From a virus, in IMG/VR virus record IMGVR_UViG_3300014042_000248, positions 1 through 6,510 of that record: 6,510 bases of DNA; one strand, written 5' to 3'. The translations under genes and the position numbers were made by a program. Under the pieces are notes generated by a model. It was not told where the DNA came from, searched no databases, and saw only the letters and a list, made by a program, of their open reading frames with translations. Shown here piece after piece: positions 5,783 to 6,510 of this stretch (position 1 is the stretch's first letter; each line of letters starts with the position of its first letter).

Positions 5783-5937
5783 ACTGCGTACAATGTACTG
5801 GCGGATTATGTTGGGATTTACACCTTGGCATAATTGCGCCAGCGCCAAGGTGCGAGAGAGCGTGAAAAGGGTGGTCGAGCTTGCGAGAATCGCTTGAGCG
5901 CTATTGAGTGCGTAACATAATCCTCATTGTGCGCGGT
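5783..5937 (+). other. Candidate XerCD-dependent attachment region (attP): two inverted dif-like sites able to form a forked hairpin in + ssDNA
   Basis: Plus strand 5783-5816 reads ACTGCGTACAA/TGTACTGGCGGA/TTATGTTGGGA. The minus strand of 5910-5937 reads ACCGCGCACAA/TGAGGA/TTATGTTACGC. E. coli dif is GGTGCGCATAA/TGTATA/TTATGTTAAAT (from memory). The arms are mutually complementary in ssDNA, and no integrase gene is present. Confidence 0.55.
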
Positions 5938-6015
5938 TCACTTCACAATTAAATGGTGTAACCATTTTATCCTTTGAAATTCGTATACAAATATTTTCAT
6001 TTTTCGCTTGAAAAG

Positions 6016-6059
6016 TGTTTACAAGATTCAATCTTTTGCTATAATGAATCATGTAAACA
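6016..6059 (+). promoter_or_regulatory. Strong sigma70-type promoter embedded in a 15-nt inverted repeat (operator) driving the accessory two-gene cassette
   Basis: -35 TTTACA (6018-6023), a 16-nt spacer, and an extended -10 TGcTATAAT (6037-6045). The inverted repeat is tgtttacaagattca (6016-6030) / tgaatcatgtaaaca (6045-6059), 14/15 complementary. An inner palindrome AAGATTcAATCTT lies at 6023-6035. Confidence 0.7.
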
Positions 6060-6080
6060 GAATTCAAAAGGTACTTAATC

Positions 6081-6311
6081 ATGCAACGCTTAAATGAACT
6101 CAAATCAGCCGCTAATATCGAAGTTGAAACCGTTTTTGCTGCTGGTCACAATCGCCATTTAATCTCTTTAGATAAGGGGCTTTTCTTTTGGACTGAGGGC
6201 TTTGATACTGTTTCTTACGAACCACAAAGCCGCGCTTACGCGAATATGTACCCAGTTAATCCTGATGGTTTTGATTTTCGTGCTTGGGTATGGAGTATGT
6301 GTCATGACTAA
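6081..6311 (+). CDS. Hypothetical 76-aa acidic protein (accessory, function unknown)
   Basis: ATG with SD AAGGT 8 nt upstream, about 30 nt downstream of the strong promoter. I recognise no motif. The stop overlaps the next ORF start by 8 nt (ATGACTAA). Confidence 0.55.
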   Translation: MQRLNELKSAANIEVETVFAAGHNRHLISLDKGLFFWTEGFDTVSYEPQSRAYANMYPVNPDGFDFRAWVWSMCHD

Positions 6312-6492
6312 ATCAACACGCGGTGGAGTCCGTCAAGGTGCTGGCCGTCCTAAGTCTGAGCCTACTGTTATGGTTCGCGTTCCCCAAGGCTGTTTAGATG
6401 ATGTTCGTTCTCTTATTGAACGTTATCGCTCACTGGGAGTTGAGCCTGACGGTCAAACTGATTGGGTTGGAAAAGGGATTATTAAACCGTAG
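6304..6492 (+). CDS. Small basic putative DNA-binding protein (GRP-type basic N-terminus plus a beta-alpha element, RHH-like)
   Basis: Start chosen at ATG 6304, with GGAG 8 nt upstream and overlapping the upstream stop. It encodes 62 aa: MTKSTRGGVRQGAGRPKSEPTVMVRVPQGCLDDVRSLIERYR.. The pattern basic GRPK, then a beta strand (V.VRVP), then a helix recalls CopG-like phage regulators, but a second helix is not obvious. Confidence 0.5.
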   Translation: MTKSTRGGVRQGAGRPKSEPTVMVRVPQGCLDDVRSLIERYRSLGVEPDGQTDWVGKGIIKP

Positions 6493-6510
6493 GTTTGATG
6501 TAAGCGAAGC
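6438..6510. repeat. Right copy of the 73-bp terminal redundancy
   Basis: Exact match to 1-73 by direct reading. Confidence 0.95.

Larger units (their letters stand above)
1..6437 (+). mobile_element. Complete genome unit of a filamentous (Inoviridae-like) ssDNA phage with CTXphi/Ff-type gene order
   Basis: Gene order is Rep, ssDNA-binding protein, small membrane protein, signal-peptide major coat, pIII-like, pVI-like, Zot/pI-like, all on one T-rich strand with short or overlapping junctions. The window ends repeat exactly (1-73 = 6438-6510), giving a 6437-bp unit. Size is typical of inoviruses. Confidence 0.85.

Noticed and set aside
5783-5816. Site A read as a stand-alone duplex dif-like site
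   Set aside because: Its central region would be 12 nt rather than 6-8 nt, which is not a workable XerCD duplex substrate. It makes sense only as one strand of the folded ssDNA hairpin with site B.
953-5865. Off-frame and antisense ORFs nested in larger genes (953..1153, 1436..1666, 1456..1713-, 2658..2912, 4029..4310-, 4174..4404-, 4626..4967-, 4633..4971, 4968..5192-, 5047..5235, 5593..5865)
   Set aside because: All are embedded in well-supported longer genes, or in the zot 3' end and non-coding hairpin region. They have low-complexity Leu/Ile/Phe or Arg/Lys-rich products typical of alternative frames of T-rich DNA, and they lack convincing SD sequences.
482-6080. LexA (SOS) box CTGT-N8-ACAG in the control regions, as found upstream of rstA in CTXphi
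   Set aside because: I scanned the non-coding regions by eye. No CTGT-N8-ACAG arrangement was found, and the palindromes present have different half-sites and spacing.
6202-6303. Longer 96-aa version of the last ORF
   Set aside because: The extra 34 residues lie entirely inside the 76-aa ORF in another frame, are hydrophobic and T-rich derived, and lack an SD. The ATG at 6304 has GGAG upstream and overlaps the upstream stop.
1-6510. CRISPR arrays, tRNA/rRNA genes, transposase or integrase genes
   Set aside because: There are no spaced direct-repeat arrays, no cloverleaf-like candidates, and no ORF with recombinase or transposase motifs. The only long repeat is the 73-bp terminal redundancy.

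Overview
The window is one complete unit of a small filamentous ssDNA phage (inovirus-like). Bases 1-73 are identical to 6438-6510, so the unit length is 6437 bp and the window wraps a circle or a tandem copy. There is no host flank.

The + strand is visibly T-rich and carries a tightly packed, SD-led, CTXphi/Ff-type gene order:
- rolling-circle Rep (pII-like)
- gene-V-type ssDNA-binding protein
- a 77-aa membrane protein
- major coat protein, followed by a terminator
- pIII-like adsorption protein
- pVI/Ace-position membrane protein
- Zot/pI-family assembly NTPase

A 62-aa ribbon-helix-helix-like ORF lies divergent from Rep on the - strand, in the RstR position. The two genes are separated by a repeat-rich operator/promoter region.

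Downstream of the zot-like gene are four elements:
- a long G7/C7 hairpin
- two inverted dif-like sites that can fold into a CTXphi-style forked-hairpin attP; no integrase is encoded
- a near-consensus promoter embedded in a 15-nt inverted repeat
- a two-gene accessory cassette (76 aa unknown, plus a 62-aa basic putative DNA-binding protein)

No secretin (pIV), tRNA, rRNA or CRISPR is present. All homology statements come from reading the translations against remembered M13 pII/pV/pI and CTXphi Zot sequences. No searches were run.
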